Part shown: positions 47,029-48,550 of the stretch, piece by piece
How the letters are laid out: the number at the start of each line of letters is the position of its first letter
How positions within the stretch are numbered: position 1 is the stretch's first letter
IMG/VR virus record: IMGVR_UViG_3300033174_000005
Direction: 5' to 3' (one strand)
Source of the DNA: a virus
DNA: 48,550 nucleotides
Made by a program: the position numbers and the translations under genes
The notes under the pieces: model-generated
Database searches by the model: none
The model's input: only the letters and a program-made list of their open reading frames with translations
Told to the model about the DNA's origin: nothing

Positions 47029-47214
47029 TTAGTGGGTGAAAATTTCATCATTAAAATCATCAATCCTTTCCACTCTTCGCATGTTTAAACATCCACAAAC
47101 AGGGCAAATATCACTAAAAGGCAGTATTAAACTTTCATCTAATTTAACAGTAGATATTCTTATTTCCCTATACCCACATTCACATATTATTTGGTATTTA
47201 TTTATCATAAGCAA
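47029..47214 (-). CDS. Small zinc-finger protein
   Basis: CECG ... CPVCG. Confidence 0.6.
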   Translation of the reverse strand: MLMINKYQIICECGYREIRISTVKLDESLILPFSDICPVCGCLNMRRVERIDDFNDEIFTH

Positions 47215-47341
47215 CCAATTTCTTTTTTTTTTAGAACTTCTTATTTGTTCATTTCAGGGTCATGTTTCAACAAATTTAATATTGTTAAAACAATTATTAT
47301 CACTAACAATAGTGGTATAATATAAGATATCATATTAAAAT

Positions 47342-47731
47342 TCATCCAAATTTAATATAGGCAAATATACCCAGTATTATCATTATGAAAAGTCCGTTCA
47401 ATGCAACTAATATTTTATTATAATTATTGGTTTTTTCAGCATTTTGTAATCGTTTTTCATGATGGATTAACCATCTCTCAAGTTCTTTATCTTCTTTTTC
47501 TGCTTTTTCCCCGATTATATCCATCCTTTCTTTGATCTGTCCATTTGTCATATTTTTTATGCCCATGAATGTTTTTATATCGATTAGGCTGTTTTCTATT
47601 TTTGTTATGTGTCTGTTTTGGTGTTCGTTGTTTTGTTTAATGCGGTGTATGTCTTCTTGTATTTTTTTTATGTCATCACCTTTTGCGCATTCATGGAGGT
47701 AGGTGTAGGTTTTGTGTGTGTTTGGTGGCAT
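47342..47731 (-). CDS. Coiled-coil protein with C-terminal TM (holin or holin-accessory-like)
   Basis: Heptads followed by ILVALNGLFIMIILGIFAYIKFG. Confidence 0.6.
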   Translation of the reverse strand: MPPNTHKTYTYLHECAKGDDIKKIQEDIHRIKQNNEHQNRHITKIENSLIDIKTFMGIKNMTNGQIKERMDIIGEKAEKEDKELERWLIHHEKRLQNAEKTNNYNKILVALNGLFIMIILGIFAYIKFG

Positions 47732-47826
47732 GGGTGGTCACTGATTTTGGGGTTTTATTGTATATTTGGGTTAATATTATAATAAATTTAGATAACTATT
47801 TTTTTTCTATATTTTTCTATTTTTTT

Positions 47827-47905
47827 AGATGGTGAACCCTTTTCCTACTCGCTCCCATTCCACCTACGTGGACATCATCCTTTCAGAAGGACTTACTCAC
47901 CATCT
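47827..47905 (-). ncRNA. Candidate structured ncRNA with C/D-box-like K-loop
   Basis: Closing stem AGATGGTGA/TCACCATCT, internal hairpins TCCTT/AAGGA and TCCAC/GTGGA, CUGA..AUGAUG motif. Confidence 0.45.
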
Positions 47906-47965
47906 GAAAAAATAGGAAAAAAAATAGTAAAGATTAAATGATTATTACAGGTTTAGAGATCATAT

Positions 47966-48190
47966 TTAAGCTGTTTCGTCTTCATCAGGATCTGGCAGTT
48001 CATCCTCAAATTCCTGTACCTTCCCTGCTATTTCAGGGTATTTAACATCAAGATAAGCTAAAATTAATATTATTGCCATTCCCATTATTTGAAGGACTCT
48101 GTCCTGTGTTGCTACGCTTATCCCGGCACTGCCCATAATTATTAGGGCTATGTCTGATGTGTAGGTTGATATTTTTCCTTTATTTACCAT
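47966..48190 (-). CDS. Holin-like small membrane protein (2 TM, acidic tail)
   Basis: Two hydrophobic helices in 74 aa. Confidence 0.6.
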   Translation of the reverse strand: MVNKGKISTYTSDIALIIMGSAGISVATQDRVLQIMGMAIILILAYLDVKYPEIAGKVQEFEDELPDPDEDETA

Positions 48191-48271
48191 TATTATTATT
48201 CCTCCATTCTATATTTTTTTTTATCATTATTATTATGAGTATTATTATCAATGTTGTGAAAAATCCGGATA

Positions 48272-48280
48272 AAAATGCTC
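48272..48280 (+). repeat. Right 9-bp direct repeat AAAATGCTC
   Basis: Identical to 758..766. Confidence 0.85.
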
Positions 48281-48307
48281 GATTCTGTTAAGTTAAGTAT
48301 GATATGT
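48281..48307 (-). repeat. Right arm of the 27-bp inverted repeat
   Basis: GATTCTGTTAAGTTAAGTATGATATGT. Confidence 0.95.
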
Positions 48308-48396
48308 AAAAAGAGTAAATTTACGAACATCTTTCAATTTTAATTTAAAGATTTATATCATTCCTCTAAATCATCAAATCGTGTTAATCCTGCGGA

Positions 48397-48474
48397 TTAT
48401 TCAAGAAGACTTCTAACTTTAGCTTCATACAGTATATCGGCAAATGAAAGTAATTGTTGAGGATCAAAAACCAT
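48397..48474 (-). pseudogene. Possible truncated HEPN-like toxin start in the right flank
   Basis: MVFDPQQLLSFADILYEAKVRSLLE* resembles HEPN N-termini (FD....L..A..L...EA..RS); AGGTG RBS. Confidence 0.3.
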
Positions 48475-48550
48475 ATAATTTAACACCTTTTTAAAGTTAT
48501 ATTGGTTCTTTCAAGCATGTCTTTGAATTCATGTGAATTTTTTGTTATTT

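Larger units (their letters stand above)
758..48280 (-). mobile_element. Archaeal tailed (siphovirus-like, HK97-fold) provirus, probably of Methanobacteriales
   Basis: Complete packaging, head and tail gene set plus MCM, ERF and endolysin; bounded by a 9-bp direct repeat. Confidence 0.9.

Noticed and set aside
758-48280. Mu-like transposable phage or casposon
   Set aside because: No transposase or Cas1, no TG...CA ends, and no inverted repeats inside the 9-bp duplication; the IRs are outside.
1-48550. Window ends joining into one circle
   Set aside because: No terminal overlap is seen, and joining the ends does not give a convincing continuous ORF; it cannot be supported from this sequence.

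Overview
Almost the whole window (758..48280, about 47.5 kb) is a long-tailed (siphovirus-like) archaeal head-tail virus genome. The host is probably a pseudomurein-walled methanogen (Methanobacteriales), inferred from a pseudomurein-binding-repeat-like endolysin, an MCM helicase, a TFB-type zinc ribbon, GGTGA/GGAGTGA ribosome-binding sites and a methanogen-type integrase fragment. Nearly all genes lie on the minus strand. From right to left: two holin-like genes, a plus-strand regulatory cluster, TerS, TerL, portal, MuF, prohead protease/scaffold, HK97-fold capsid, head decoration and neck genes, tail tube, tail chaperone with a predicted -1 frameshift, tape measure, tail tip, PMBR-M23 endolysin, ERCC4 nuclease, truncated integrase, then an early region with repeat proteins, ERF, many small ORFs, MCM, HNH, a phosphoesterase and an HslV-like protease. 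The most unusual feature is the boundary. A 9-bp direct repeat (AAAATGCTC) brackets the virus, and a 26/27-bp inverted repeat sits immediately outside it, yet the virus has no intact integrase. Also notable: three lox/dif-like palindromes, two degenerate tRNA-like genes, a candidate K-loop ncRNA, direct repeats around the MCM module, and gene-scale A+C/G+T skew reversals. Protein assignments come from motif recognition by eye; no database searches were run.
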